DNA of 64,000 bases from positions 480,001-544,000 of the forward strand of contig CAVYTU010000015.1 in the NCBI GenBank assembly GCA_963771465.1, read 5' to 3'. The position numbers and the translations under genes were made by a program. Numbering within the stretch: position 1 is the first letter of the stretch; each line of letters opens with the position of its first letter. Of this stretch, positions 19,853-31,954 are shown piece by piece. This DNA comes from an uncultured delta proteobacterium (GTDB lineage: Bacteria > Desulfobacterota > Binatia > UBA9968). Below the pieces are notes generated by a model. It made no database searches and had not been told where the DNA came from. It saw only the letters and a list, made by a program, of their open reading frames with translations.

Positions 19853-20249
19853 GAGCCAGTGCACGATCTAATTCACTAATTTTGCACAAATATTGCTTCA
19901 AGACCTTCAAGGTGACAAAATCCACATTGCAGGATTTTCGCCAATATGTAGGATTTTCACTATCAACTAGCGGGACATCGACTCAGAGATCATGCTAAAT
20001 GGATCTTAACCAGGCAAATTTGCTCCGGTGCTAAAGCTGATCTTGCATTTGCCTTCGCTGATGTAAGACAGAAATGCATTTGGCACGGCAATCGAATTGC
20101 GAACAATAAAAGGTGTGGCCAGAAGCACACGATTTGCACCAATCGCCAGCGCGAGCTTAACGTCCGAAAAGCCATACATGCCTTAGGGGAATTTCAAAAC
20201 GTTCACACCATTTTTCCATATCGGCATCGCCGACGTCATCGATATCCTC

Positions 20250-21377
20250 GTGGTGGCGGTTTTGCTCTACACCGCGATTGCGTTTCTCAAGCAGACCCGC
20301 GCAGCGTTCATCATTCGCGGCATTTTTATTCTCGCCGCGATTTATATTCTCGCCCGTTATCTCGACCTGCAGCTTACGGCGTGGCTATTTCAAGGATTTT
20401 TCGCGATTTTTCTAATCATCATCGTAGTTATTTTCCAGGAGGAACTTCGCCAGATATTCGAACGCATCGCGGTTTGGAGTCTAACCAGCGATGACCCGTC
20501 CTTGCGCTCCGACGCTGCCGATATTTTGATCGGCACCGTTGCCGATCTGGCCAAGGACAAGATCGGCGCTTTGATCGTCATTGAAGGCAAAGATCCCATC
20601 GCTCGCCACATCATGGGCGGCATCGAACTGGAAGGAAAGATCAGCGAACCGCTTTTAAAAAGCATCTTTGATCCTCATTCGCCGGGCCACGATGGCGCAG
20701 TCATTATCAAAAAAGATCAGATCGCCCGTTTCGCCGCGCACTTGCCCCTGTCAAAGGATTTCCGCCAACTCGCCCGTGTCGGTACCCGTCACGGGGCCGC
20801 CCTTGGCTTGGCGGAATTGAGCGACGCCCTGTGCATCGTTGTTTCGGAAGAGCGCGGTAAAATTTCCGTGGCCCGCGACGGCCGCCTTCGTCAAGTGGAC
20901 AATACACAGGAGTTGGGTTCGATCCTGCAGCGATTCTTGGGCGACAAATATCCATCGGCGGAACATCGTGGATTTTCTTTTTCGCTGGTGCGCGAGAACT
21001 GGCTAGTAAAACTCGTAACACTCTCACTTGCGCTGGGGCTTTGGTACGTCTTGGTGCCAGGGTCTAGTACCATCGAAACTACCTACAAACTTCCCGTGCA
21101 GGTGGAGAATTTGCCGGCAGAGTTGCGCGTCGAGGAGCTTCAACCCAAGGAGGTCAGCGCCACTTTTACCGGGCCAAAGCGAACGTTTTACTTTTTCGAC
21201 GCGGGCCGGCTCAAGGTCACCGTCGACTTATCCAGCGCCGAACCCGGTCACAAGACCCTGCGGCTTTCCGAACTAAACATTCGTCATCCACAAAATCTCA
21301 CCCTACAACAGCTCAACCCGGTCACGGTGAGAATCTCGATCGTAAAGGCGTTGCGCGACGAGAAAGAAAAAGGTTAA
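20250..21377 (+). CDS. dacA: Diadenylate cyclase CdaA/DacA fused to a YbbR (CdaR-like) domain
   Basis: TM helices, VIFQEELR, IGALIVI, HDGAV, GTRHGAA, VVSEERG; then NWLVKLVTLSLALGLW and a YbbR-like beta domain. The frame extends upstream (IADVIDIL), so the true start is probably ~70 bp earlier. Confidence 0.88.
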   Translation: MVAVLLYTAIAFLKQTRAAFIIRGIFILAAIYILARYLDLQLTAWLFQGFFAIFLIIIVVIFQEELRQIFERIAVWSLTSDDPSLRSDAADILIGTVADLAKDKIGALIVIEGKDPIARHIMGGIELEGKISEPLLKSIFDPHSPGHDGAVIIKKDQIARFAAHLPLSKDFRQLARVGTRHGAALGLAELSDALCIVVSEERGKISVARDGRLRQVDNTQELGSILQRFLGDKYPSAEHRGFSFSLVRENWLVKLVTLSLALGLWYVLVPGSSTIETTYKLPVQVENLPAELRVEELQPKEVSATFTGPKRTFYFFDAGRLKVTVDLSSAEPGHKTLRLSELNIRHPQNLTLQQLNPVTVRISIVKALRDEKEKG

Positions 21378-21510
21378 ACCCCGGAGATCCCGAAGGATCG
21401 CGGCTTGCTCTCTGATTCAATTTCACAGACGGAATCCCGGCTTAAAGAAGCCTGCTTTTGCGGCGAACATCGAGCGCGCTTCACCGTGTGCATTAGAGCG
21501 CACGGCGCAA

Positions 21511-24500
21511 TCAGGGTGACGATTGGAGAATCTCCAGCACCCCTGTAATTGGCACATCTACCCAATCGGGTCGATTGTTGAGCTCATAGCTCAACTCGTA
21601 AATCGCCTTCTGCAGGGTACACAGGTCGAGCAAGGTCTTAACCTCGTCCATGGAAGCTGGCAGGAACCCTCCGCCATTGACCGATTTCACATAGCTTTCG
21701 AGAAACATGGTCGACACCCAAGTGACCCACAATTGCGCCCACGGCGCCAAACGCGGCTGATCCTCCGAACGGAATTCGCCGGTCTTTAGCCCGTAGGTTG
21801 CAGCATAATCGATCGACCGCAGCATTGCCGCGACGTCCACCAATGCCGAGCGTTTGCCGCGCCTTTCGGCAAGCGGCCGCGCCGGCTCTCCCTCGAAGTC
21901 GATGACGACAAAATCTTTGCCGGTAAAAAGCAACTGGCCGAGATGATAATCGCCATGGCAACGTATGCGCATGGCCGTGATCTTTCTGTCCACCGCCAGG
22001 CGAAACCGCTCGAGAATGACGTGTTTCAAAGGTAAAAGAATTTGCGCTTTTGCGCGCACGTCTTCGGGCAAGGCGGCGAGGCGTTCGCCGAGCAGCGTCA
22101 GGGCGCGATCCGTTGCGGTGCGCAAACTTTGATAAAGCGACCGGCGGTAGAACTGCGTAAACGGCTCAGGGGCGAAATCAGGATCTTGGTGGTCCGAGGC
22201 GAGCGCCATATGTAACTCGCCGGTGCGCTGACCTAAAAGACTCGCCGACGTGAGAAAGGGGCCGATCATTTCTCGGGGCAGGGCCGGGACTTCTTGACTT
22301 AGATTATCCAGAATATGGCCGGCCGGCCAGCTCAGGTCGTCGGGTTTGACGCTGCTCGCCACGCAGGCTTCAAAATAATCGGTGAGATGGTCGAGCGTAT
22401 AGCTCCACGCGTCACCTTCGTTGCTCACCCAGGCTTGTAAGATCCCGACAGTCGCGATTGCGTTGGTACTTTTGCGATACTCCAGACTTCCGGCCAGAGG
22501 AGGAGTATGCTCATAGGTGGTTTTGTCGGTGATAAAGCGGCCGATTTCAAGATCGGGATTGACCCCTTCGTGCAATCGCCGAAAGATTTTCAAGATGAAA
22601 CGGTCGCCGTATGTAATCGAAGTATTGCTCTGCTCTTTTTTCGCCAGCGTAGGTTCCAAGGTCGCATCCGAAGGCCCCCTAAGACTACGAAAATGTTTCG
22701 ATGGAACCGCGGATATCTCCGACGTCTGACCGCGAAAAATGCGCCGCCGAGTCACCGCGTCGAGCAGGGCATCGAGAAACAGGCGATCAAACACGGCATC
22801 GTAAAGTATTCCATCAGTGCCCCTACCCGACCCTGTCGACTTCGCTTTGAACTGCGCGACGACCGCCTCGGGATGAAACTGGCAGAGCTCGGCGGCGCGA
22901 TCACCGGCAGCGAATGCCATGGGTAAAAGATAGGTTTCAGGATCGCCTTCGCCGTAGGCAAGCTCCACGGCAACAAAGTAATCCCGGGTGGAATCGACCG
23001 GCATGGCGATGGCATCGATGATCTTGACCGAGCGAATCTTGCGCGCCTTGCCGCCAAACCACCGGCGGTTTTGCAGATAGCGCGGCAATATTTTTTCCAG
23101 CGCCGCCTTGGCGCTACCGATGATCACCTGATCCCATGCGCCGGCGATCTCAATGACCGGCGCCTGGACATCCTCTGCGGCCCGCAACTCCGCCTGCGCC
23201 GTCTCGAGCTTGAACCAATAGAAACCATGAGGACCCAGGGTAACAAAATAAGGCAAATCGCCGATCGGCGGAAACTCGGTTTGGCCAAAAAGCTCCACCG
23301 GAACTTTCCCTTTAAATGCCGAAAGATCGATCTCCACGCACTGTACGAAGCGCGACAGATTCGCCACGGTCAGAATAACCTCGGCTTCCAGGCGACGGAT
23401 GAAAACCAGGACGCGGCGATTGTTGGGATAAAGAAATTCCGTGCTGCCGTGGCCGAAAGCGCGAAAGCGTCGACGCAACGTGATCAAGCGTTTCGTCCAC
23501 CACAGGATCGAACTCAAGTTTTGCTGCTGCGCCTCGACGTTGACCGCCTCGTAATGGTTTTCCGGGTCGAAAATGATCGGCAAATAAAGCCGCTGTGGAT
23601 TCGCTTGGGAGAAACCCGCGTTGCGGTCCGCGCTCCATTGCATAGGCGTGCGCACGCCGTTGCGATCACCGAGGTAGATGTTGTCACCCATGCCGATTTC
23701 GTCGCCATAGTAGAGCACCGGCGTACCCGGCAGTGAGAAAAGCAAAGCGTTGAGCAACTCGATCTTGCGCCGATTGTTGCCCAGCAGCGGCGCCAAACGG
23801 CGGCGAATGCCGAGATTGAGCCGCGCCTTGGGATCATTGGCGTAGACTTTGTACATATAGTCGCGGTCTTCATCGGTCACCATTTCAAGAGTCAGCTCGT
23901 CATGGTTGCGCAAAAAAAGCGTCCACTGACTGTTATCCGGAATCGCCGGCGTCTGATCGAGGATATCGATGATCGGAAAACGGTCTTCCATGTGCACGGC
24001 CATAAAAATCCGCGGCATCACAGGGAAGTGAAAAGCCATATGGCACTCATCGCCGTCGCCGAAGTAGGTTACCGCCTCTTCGGGCCACTGGTTCGCTTCG
24101 GCGAGTAACATGCGATCGTTGAATCTTTGATCGACGTGGTGACGCAGCTCTTTTAAGAACTGATGAGTTTCCGGCAGATTTTCGCAGTTCGTGCCCTCAC
24201 GCTCGAACAGGTAGGGCACGGCGTCCAAGCGCAGACCATCGACGCCCATGCGTAGCCAAAAATCGACGACATCGAAAAATGCTTGCTTGAGCTCGGGATT
24301 GTCGAAGTTCAGATCCGGCTGGTGCGAATAAAAGCGATGCCAGTAATAGGCCTTGGCCACCGGGTCCCAGGCCCAATTGGAAGTCTCAAAGTCTTTAAAG
24401 ATGATGCGCGCTTCCTGATAGCGATCTTGAGTGTCGCTCCAGACGTAGAAGTCGCGATCTTTGCTGCCTGGGGCGGCGCGCCGGGCGCGCTTAAACCAAG

Positions 24501-24846
24501 GGTGCTGATCGGAGGTGTGATTGAGCACTAACTCGGTAATCACCCGCAGCCCGCGCCGGTGCGCTTCGCGCAAGAAGAGTTTGAAATCTCTCAGGGTACC
24601 GTAATCCGGATGGATCTCCGTGTAGCTCGCGATATCGTAGCCGTCGTCCCGCAGCGGCGAAGGGTAAAACGGCAGAAGCCAGAGCGCGGTGACGCCGAGG
24701 TCGCTGAGATAGTCGAGCTTTCCGGTCAAGCCGTTGAAATCTCCGATGCCGTCGGCGTTGCCGTCGGCAAAGGCGCGCACGTGCAGCTCATAAATCACCG
24801 CGTCCTTGTACCAAAGCGTGTTATCGCTCAATGGTGTGGTGGCCAT
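21511..24846 (-). CDS. treS: Trehalose synthase / maltokinase fusion (TreS-Mak)
   Basis: [44 protein letters not shown]; C-terminal [23 protein letters not shown]. Confidence 0.96.
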   Translation of the reverse strand: MATTPLSDNTLWYKDAVIYELHVRAFADGNADGIGDFNGLTGKLDYLSDLGVTALWLLPFYPSPLRDDGYDIASYTEIHPDYGTLRDFKLFLREAHRRGLRVITELVLNHTSDQHPWFKRARRAAPGSKDRDFYVWSDTQDRYQEARIIFKDFETSNWAWDPVAKAYYWHRFYSHQPDLNFDNPELKQAFFDVVDFWLRMGVDGLRLDAVPYLFEREGTNCENLPETHQFLKELRHHVDQRFNDRMLLAEANQWPEEAVTYFGDGDECHMAFHFPVMPRIFMAVHMEDRFPIIDILDQTPAIPDNSQWTLFLRNHDELTLEMVTDEDRDYMYKVYANDPKARLNLGIRRRLAPLLGNNRRKIELLNALLFSLPGTPVLYYGDEIGMGDNIYLGDRNGVRTPMQWSADRNAGFSQANPQRLYLPIIFDPENHYEAVNVEAQQQNLSSILWWTKRLITLRRRFRAFGHGSTEFLYPNNRRVLVFIRRLEAEVILTVANLSRFVQCVEIDLSAFKGKVPVELFGQTEFPPIGDLPYFVTLGPHGFYWFKLETAQAELRAAEDVQAPVIEIAGAWDQVIIGSAKAALEKILPRYLQNRRWFGGKARKIRSVKIIDAIAMPVDSTRDYFVAVELAYGEGDPETYLLPMAFAAGDRAAELCQFHPEAVVAQFKAKSTGSGRGTDGILYDAVFDRLFLDALLDAVTRRRIFRGQTSEISAVPSKHFRSLRGPSDATLEPTLAKKEQSNTSITYGDRFILKIFRRLHEGVNPDLEIGRFITDKTTYEHTPPLAGSLEYRKSTNAIATVGILQAWVSNEGDAWSYTLDHLTDYFEACVASSVKPDDLSWPAGHILDNLSQEVPALPREMIGPFLTSASLLGQRTGELHMALASDHQDPDFAPEPFTQFYRRSLYQSLRTATDRALTLLGERLAALPEDVRAKAQILLPLKHVILERFRLAVDRKITAMRIRCHGDYHLGQLLFTGKDFVVIDFEGEPARPLAERRGKRSALVDVAAMLRSIDYAATYGLKTGEFRSEDQPRLAPWAQLWVTWVSTMFLESYVKSVNGGGFLPASMDEVKTLLDLCTLQKAIYELSYELNNRPDWVDVPITGVLEILQSSP

Positions 24847-24870
24847 GTTTGCTTTCTCCGCACGCAATTT

Positions 24871-26863
24871 CTAGCTGAAATAATCGAAGTCCTGCTCGCG
24901 CCGCACGCGCCAGCGGAGCCGAAACACATGCGCGGGAGCACTGCGCGGATCGAGCTCGACGTAATTTTTCCCGGCTTGCCAGAGGAAACGCGCGCCGGTT
25001 AGCAGATCATGCGCCTGATAGGACGGCTGGACGTCGAATCCCAAAGTCTTGAGATCGAGGGAGAGCCAAGCGGATTGAACGTGATGCGGATCGAGATTGA
25101 CCACGACCACGACGACGTTGGCGCGGTCGGCGCTTTGTTTTGAGTAGCAAATGATCTGATCGTTGTCGGTGTTGTGAAAGCGTAGGCTAGAATCGTTCTG
25201 CAGCGCGGCATTCTCCCGGCGAATCCGGTTCACCCGGGCGATGAATTCTTTTAAGCTGTCGGGCGCGGTCAGTGTGCCAATGTTTGATCTGGTATTTTTC
25301 CGAATTGAGATATTCTTCGCTGCCGGGCTCGCGCGCTTGGTTGTCACAGAGCTCGAAAGCCGGACCGTAAATTCCATAGTTGGCGCCCAGCGTTGCCGCC
25401 AGAACCAATCGCGTCATGAACGCCGGCCGGCCGCCGAACTGTAAATACTCGGTCAAGATATCCGGCGTGTTCGGCCATAGGTTCGGACGAAAATATTCGT
25501 GCACTTCGGTTTCAGTGAGTTCGCGGAAGTACTCGGTCAGCTCCTGTTTGGTGTTGCGCCAAGCGAAATAACTATAAGATTGGCTGAAGCCCAGCTTGGC
25601 CAGACGGTACATGACCTTCGGGCGGGTAAACGCCTCGGCGAGAAAAATCGTCTCGGCATGATCTTTTTTTACTTCGGCGATCAGCCACTGCCAAAACGGC
25701 AGCGGCTTGGTGTGCGGATTGTCGACGCGAAAAATCCGCACACCTTGGTCGATCCAGTAATCCACCACGCTCTTTAGCTCGCGCCATAATTCGCGCCATT
25801 CGTTGGTGTCGAAATCGAGTGGATAGATGTCTTGATATTTCTTCGGCGGATTTTCGGCATACTGGATGGACCCATCCGGCCGATGGCGGAACCAGTCGGG
25901 ATGTTGCGTAACGTAGGGGTGGTCTGGACTACACTGAAAGGCGATATCCAAAGCGATCTCGATGCCGTATTCCTTCGCCTTCATGACCAGCCGGCGAAAA
26001 TCATCGAGGCTGCCGAGCTCGGGATGAATCGCCTTGTGACCGCCCTCCGCCGCGCCAATCCCCCACGGACTGCCGGGATCGTCGGCTTCGGCGGCGCCAG
26101 TGTTGTTCTTTCCTTTGCGCTGGGCGCGCCCGATGGGATGGATCGGCGGCAAATAAAGTGTATCGAAGCCCATCGCCGCGATGTGCGGCAAGCAACGTTC
26201 GCAATCTCTAAAACTGCCGTGGCGTCCCGGTTCTGCTGCACACGAGCGGGGAAATATTTCGTACCACGAGCTAAAACGAGCCTTGTCACGCTCGACAACG
26301 ACGGCCAGTTCGTTGGCGTATCGGGTGGCGAAACTTGTGTCGGGATATTTTTCCAACAGCGCGGCCAATTCACTGTCGAGGGCATAGCCGATTCTATCCG
26401 CCAGGCTGTGATTTTTTGCCTGCAACTTGCGCGCCCAAGCTCTGAGTTCTTTGGCATCCGCGTCTGCGGCACGCTGGTTTGCCGCTTCGATCAGGAGAGC
26501 GCCCGCCGCCATATCCAATTCAGTGTGTTGCGCCGCCTCGACTTTCTTCAGCAGGTCGCGGCGCCAAGATTTGAAACGGTCGACGTAGGCGGCGAGCGTA
26601 TAAAAATAGCGGCCGATCTCGGTGACGACAAACGCGCCATGCCAGCGATCGTTAACGCTAAGTTCCATCGCTGTTTGACGCCATTGTTTTTCTTGCTCGT
26701 AGCGAAACATCAGCACGCAAGAAATGGCCTCGTGGCCGTCGCCGAAAACATCGGCCTCGACCCGCACCGCTTCGCCGGGGATGCGCTTGATTGGAAAAAG
26801 TCCACCGTCGATTTCCGGCTCGACGCTTTCGATGACGACGCGGCATCTTTCTTCATCGAGCAT
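24871..26863 (-). CDS. glgE: Alpha-1,4-glucan:maltose-1-phosphate maltosyltransferase, one frameshift near 25275
   Basis: WYEIFPRS, YLPPIHPIG, AENPPKKYQDIYP, FRVDNPHTKP, FLAEAFTRP, WPNTPDIL, SEKYQ. Confidence 0.95.
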
Positions 26864-29726
26864 GTTCGACACTTGACGCACTCGACCGTACCTCGCTAAG
26901 AATCGGTTCATCCGTCATGCCGATATTGGAGAGCAGCGCGACGGGAAAATCTTTGCACACCGTTTGTACCGGCAGAAACTTCTTATCGCCAATGAGCAAG
27001 GCGTCCACCGCGCCGCCGGTAATCGTATTGACCCAGCGGGACGGCGCCTCTTTCGGCAGGTAAACCGCCGTGGAGCGCCAGAAATCGGCGTCCAGCGGAG
27101 CGGCGCCGTTAAAAACCGCGGCGCCGATCAAGCGCGGCGCCAGGGCCACCGCCCAAGCTGCTCCCGAGCGCCGCGCGAAAGCGCAAACTCGATCGCTCAA
27201 CTCACCGGAACTTTCCAGCGGCACATAGTCGCCTTCGACCAGGACCTCGGAGTGCAGACGGCGAACATTGGCCAATTTGTAAGTCAGATAAAATTTAATC
27301 CGCCCGTCCTGCCAGTGTTGCAGCAGCTCGCGCAGCAACGCCGGGCGGTCTTCTGCCTCCGCACTCTTGAGAGCCTCGAGCACCTCCAACCGCTTGGCGA
27401 AATTCACCGGCCGGCGGTTGTCCGGATCGACCAAGCTCAAATCCCACAGCTCGGTTCCTTGATAGCAATCCGCCACCCCAGGGACCGCAAATTTTAGCAG
27501 AGTCTGGCCGAGGGAATTGTACATGCCGCAGTGAGCGATCTTTTGCGCGAAGGGTACGAACTCGGAGAGGAAGCGGTTTTCCTGCGCCGGCGCGAGCAAT
27601 GCCGCGGCGAACTGGGTAAAAGCTTCTTCGTAGGCGAGGTCGGGCTTCAGCCACTCGGTATGCACTTTGGCTTCGCGCACCGCTTTGACGAGATACTCAC
27701 CCAAGCGGTTCAAAAGATCGCCGTCCGTTTCACCCACAGGATAGCAACCGATCAGAGTTTGATAGAGAAAGTATTCGTCGTTGCGGTCCGGCGCCTCCTG
27801 GCCCTTGATCTTGATCTTCCACGCGCGGTTCATTTTACTCCAAGACTTGAGACATTCGTCCCACTCCTCCGCCAGCTCGGAGAGCACGCAGATTCTCGCC
27901 CGCGCGTCCTCACCCCGTTTGGTGTCGTGGGTTGCAGTGGTGTTCATCGCGTGGGGCCAGCGTTTTTTACGCCGCTGGATGAAGGCGTGAAACTCATCGA
28001 CATCGACACCAAATCGATCCGGATCGCCGCCCACGTCGTTCAACGCTAAGAGCCGGTTGTAAACGTACAAGGTCGTGTCTTCAAAACCTTTCGCCATCAG
28101 CGGCGCGGTGAGCTGCTGGAAGCGCATTACGAAATGGGTCCAGTGCGCCTTTTCGTCCGCGCTCAAATGGGTGGCGAACTCAAGCTGCAAAAAGCGTTCG
28201 ATAAACTTAAGCTCGAGCAGCAAGCCGGCGTTGGCATCCTTGGCCCGCGCGATGGCGGTGGCGAGCTCACGGCGGTCCTGCGCAGTGAAACTTTCCGCGC
28301 TGACGTAACTACGATAGACCGGGAAAAACGTCAGCACTTCCACCAACGCACGTTTGAGGCCGTAGAGCGTAATGTCGGCGGCGTGACGATTTCGGCTCGA
28401 GACGCTTTTGAGCAGATTAGCCAGGTTCTCGATATCACCAGCCATATACTTGCCGATAATCAATCGCTTCTTTTCGATCATCAGCGCCGAACAGGGCGAG
28501 TCCATTTCGGCGAAGCGGCTGTAGATTTGGTTGAATTTGCGCCGATGGCGGCGCGCGCAAAAAATTCCGCCGACGAAGTTGAGAAAATCGTAGCCGGTGG
28601 TGCCCTTCGACCGGCCATGGCCCCGGCAATTCTTCCTCGAAAGCCAAAATCTTCTCGACGGCCAGGTACACATCGCCGGCCTCGCGCCGCAGTCGCTGGA
28701 GATAGCCGAGCGGATCGTAGAGTCCGTCGACGTGATCGATTCTTAGGCCGGTGAACTTGCCCTCGCGCGCCAGCTTGACGGCAAGCGCGTGGGTGTGGCG
28801 AAAAACTTTTTCCGTCTTCGACGCGGAGAGAAATTAGCTCGTTGATGTTGAAAAATCTCCGGTAGTCGAGCTCTTCGGCGGCAACTTTCCAAAACGACAA
28901 GCGATACCACTGCTGGGCCAACAAGTGGTCGAGCAAATTGAAGGATTCAGGCTTGCCGGGTGTGCCATTGAAGCGATGGACGTTAGTTTCGATAAATTCT
29001 TGAATTTCCCGGTTCGCGCTGTAGAGCTCCCAGAGCATTCGTTTGATGAAAACGAGTTGATCAGCTCCGTTCGCCGCTCTCCTCTTTCGGCACGATATTC
29101 TTGAGCGCGTAAAGCACGCCGAGGAGTTTAATGAAATCGAAGTCGCCGGTGCCGAGCCGTCTGCGGAGTTGCGCCAGATTGTGGGTCAACACCTCGGCGT
29201 AGGATTCGATGCTCAACGGTAATTTCATCGCATAGTAGCGGACGCTGAGACCGGCCTGATCGTAGCCCAGCGTGATCTCGCCCTTTTCCAAACAATCGCC
29301 GTAGAACTCGCCGAGAAACGGCGCGAGAATTTTCGCGCGCATGTTTTCGTAGGGATGGTTCCAATCGATGTCGAAATATTCGGCGAACTCCGACGCTTCG
29401 CCGTTTTCGAGAACGTCCATAAGCATGCGGTTTTGGCCGTCGTAGGCCATGTGATTGGGGACAATATCCTGCACCCAACCCAAATCGTGACGCCGCGCAC
29501 GATCGATCAGCGAGAGGAATTCTTGCTCGCTGCCAAGCTCCGGGTTGACCCGGTTGGGATCGACGATGTCGTAGCCATGCATGCTGCCCGCGCGCGCGTG
29601 AAAGATCGGCGACGCGTAAATATCGCTGATACCGAGTTCGCGCAAATACGCGATCACCGCGTCCGCGTCGGCAAAGCGGAACTGCGGGGTGAACTGCAGC
29701 CGATAGGTCGTCGCCGGAATTTTCAC
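26853..29726 (-). CDS. treY: Malto-oligosyltrehalose synthase, several frameshifts
   Basis: IPATTYRLQF, GSMHGYDIVD, DIVPNHM, YRRFFNINEL, GTTGYDF, TATHDTKRGED, YQGTELWDLSLVDPDNRRPV. Confidence 0.93.
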
Positions 29727-31932
29727 GACAATGCCCTATGAGCAGTGGCGCCGCGCCGCGCGCGCCGCGATACCGGAAGGCCTTCGCCATTATCTTCCTC
29801 GACTTCAACATGCTTGGGCAAGCGCAATATCGCCAGCGACCGAGGGTTAAGCTCGTAGGCTTCGCCGCCGCGCATGGATCGCGGCTTGTTATCGATACTG
29901 CTCGGATCGTAAGTATCGAGCGCCACTTCCCAACGCACTTTCCGCCGGTGCGCCGGCAAGATGAAGGGGATGGTTTCGTGATACGAATTCAATAAAATCA
30001 GTAAAGTATCGTCCACGATCGGGTTACCGCGCTCGTCCACCTCTTCCATTCCATCGCCGGCGAGACGCAGGCCGAAGCAGCGGTTCTCCGAGTTATTCCA
30101 ATCCTCGTCGGTCATCTCCTTGCCGTCGGGACGAAACCAAACGACATCTTTGACCTCCGATCCACGGATCCGCCGTCCTTGAAAAAAATGCCGGCGGCGC
30201 AATGCCGGATGCGCCCGGACCAGCCGAATAAGATGGCGGGTAAACTCGCGCAGCTCGCGCCGCGGCCGGTCGAGTTTCCAATCGATCCAGGAAATCTCGT
30301 TGTCCTGACAATAAGCGTTGTTGTTACCCCGTTGAGTGTGGCCGATTTCATCGCCAGCCAGCAACATGGGCACGCCCTGCGACAACAGCAGTGTCGCCAA
30401 AAAATTTCTTTTTTGCCGCTCGCGCAGGGCTAATCACCTCGGGGTCGTCCGTGTCCCCTTCGGTGCCGCAGTTCCAGCTAAGATTCTCGTTGTGGCCGTC
30501 GCGGTTCTCTTCCCCGTTGGCTTCGTTGTGCTTCTCGTTGTAGCTGACCAGATCGTGCAGGGTAAAGCCGTCGTGCGCCGTGATAAAATTGATGCTCGCA
30601 TAGGGCAGCCGGCCATTGTGCGCGTACAGATCGCTCGAACCGGTCAAGCGAAAACCGAGGGCGCCGACTTGCCCGGGGTCGCCTTTCCAGAAGCTTCGCA
30701 CGGTGTCCCGGTAGGCCGCATTCCACTCGGCCCACAGGATGGGAAAGTTGCCGACCTGATAACCGCCCGGCCCGAGATCCCAGGGCTCGGCGATCAGTTT
30801 GACTTGAGAGATGATCGGATCCTGATGGATGATATCGAAAAACGCACCGAGCCGGTCAACGTCAAGAAGCTCGCGCGCCAGAGCGGCGGCAAGATCGAAG
30901 CGAAAACCGTCGACGTGCATCTCCGTGATCCAATAGCGCAAGCTGTCCATGATCAGTTGGAGCACTCGCGGATGGGTCATATCGAGGGTGTTGCCGCAGC
31001 CGGTATAGTCCATGTAGTAGCGCCGGTCATCCTCCACCAGACGGTAATAGGAAGCGTTGTCGAGGCCGCGGAAAGATAGCGTCGGACCGAGATGATTACC
31101 CTCGCCGGTGTGATTGTAGACCACGTCCAAGATGACTTCGATACCCTCACGGTGCAGCGCGCGCACCATGCTTTTAAATTCGGCCACCTGCTCGCCCGAC
31201 GTGCCGCAGCACGCGTAGCGCGCCACCGGGGGCAAAGAAACCGATCGAGTTATAGCCCCAATAATTGCTCAGACCGCGGTCCTCCAAATGCTTGTCGATG
31301 AGAAACTGGTGCACCGGCATCAATTCCACCGCGGTGATGCCCAATGCTTTGAGATAGTCGATCACCGGCGGACACGTCAGCGCGGCGTATGTGCCGCGCA
31401 ATTCCGGCGGCACCGCCGGATGACGTATGGTGAAACCTTTTACATGCAATTCGTAAATAATCGTCTTATGCAAGGGCGTATTCGGCGGCGCGTCGTTGCC
31501 CCAACTGAATGCCGGGTCAATGACCACGGACTTGGCCGCGCCGGCGGCACTATCTTGATCGTTGCGCGAAAGATCCTCATCGGGGTGGCCGATCGTGTAA
31601 CCGAAAAACGCGTCGCTCCACTGAAACTCGCCAGCCACCGCTTTGGCGTAGGGGTCCAAAAGGAGTTTCGCCGGATTGAATCGATGGCCGTTTTGCGGCT
31701 CGTAAGGTCCGTGCACGCGATAACCGTATAACTGTCCCGGCCGCGCTTCCGGCAGATAGACATGCCAAACTTGATGCGTCTGTTCGCTCATCGGGAGACG
31801 CATTTCATTGTCTGCGCCATCGAACAAACAAAGCTCGACCTTGATGGCATTTTCAGAGAACAGCGAAAAATTCACACCGGCGCCGTCCCAGGTCGCACCA
31901 AGGGGATAGGGTTTGCCAGGCCAGACTTTCAT
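29723..31932 (-). CDS. glgX: Glycogen debranching enzyme, two frameshifts
   Basis: [72 protein letters not shown]. Confidence 0.95.
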
Positions 31933-31954
31933 GGTGCTTGTTCTTGCTTGCAGC

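Noticed and set aside
2868-20186. In-frame TAG codons (end of the hybrid kinase at 2946; start of cdaA near 20184) suggesting amber readthrough or recoding
   Set aside because: TAG is a normal stop in fliA, glgE, DUF1328 and others, and no pyl genes are visible. Point error or mutation is more likely.
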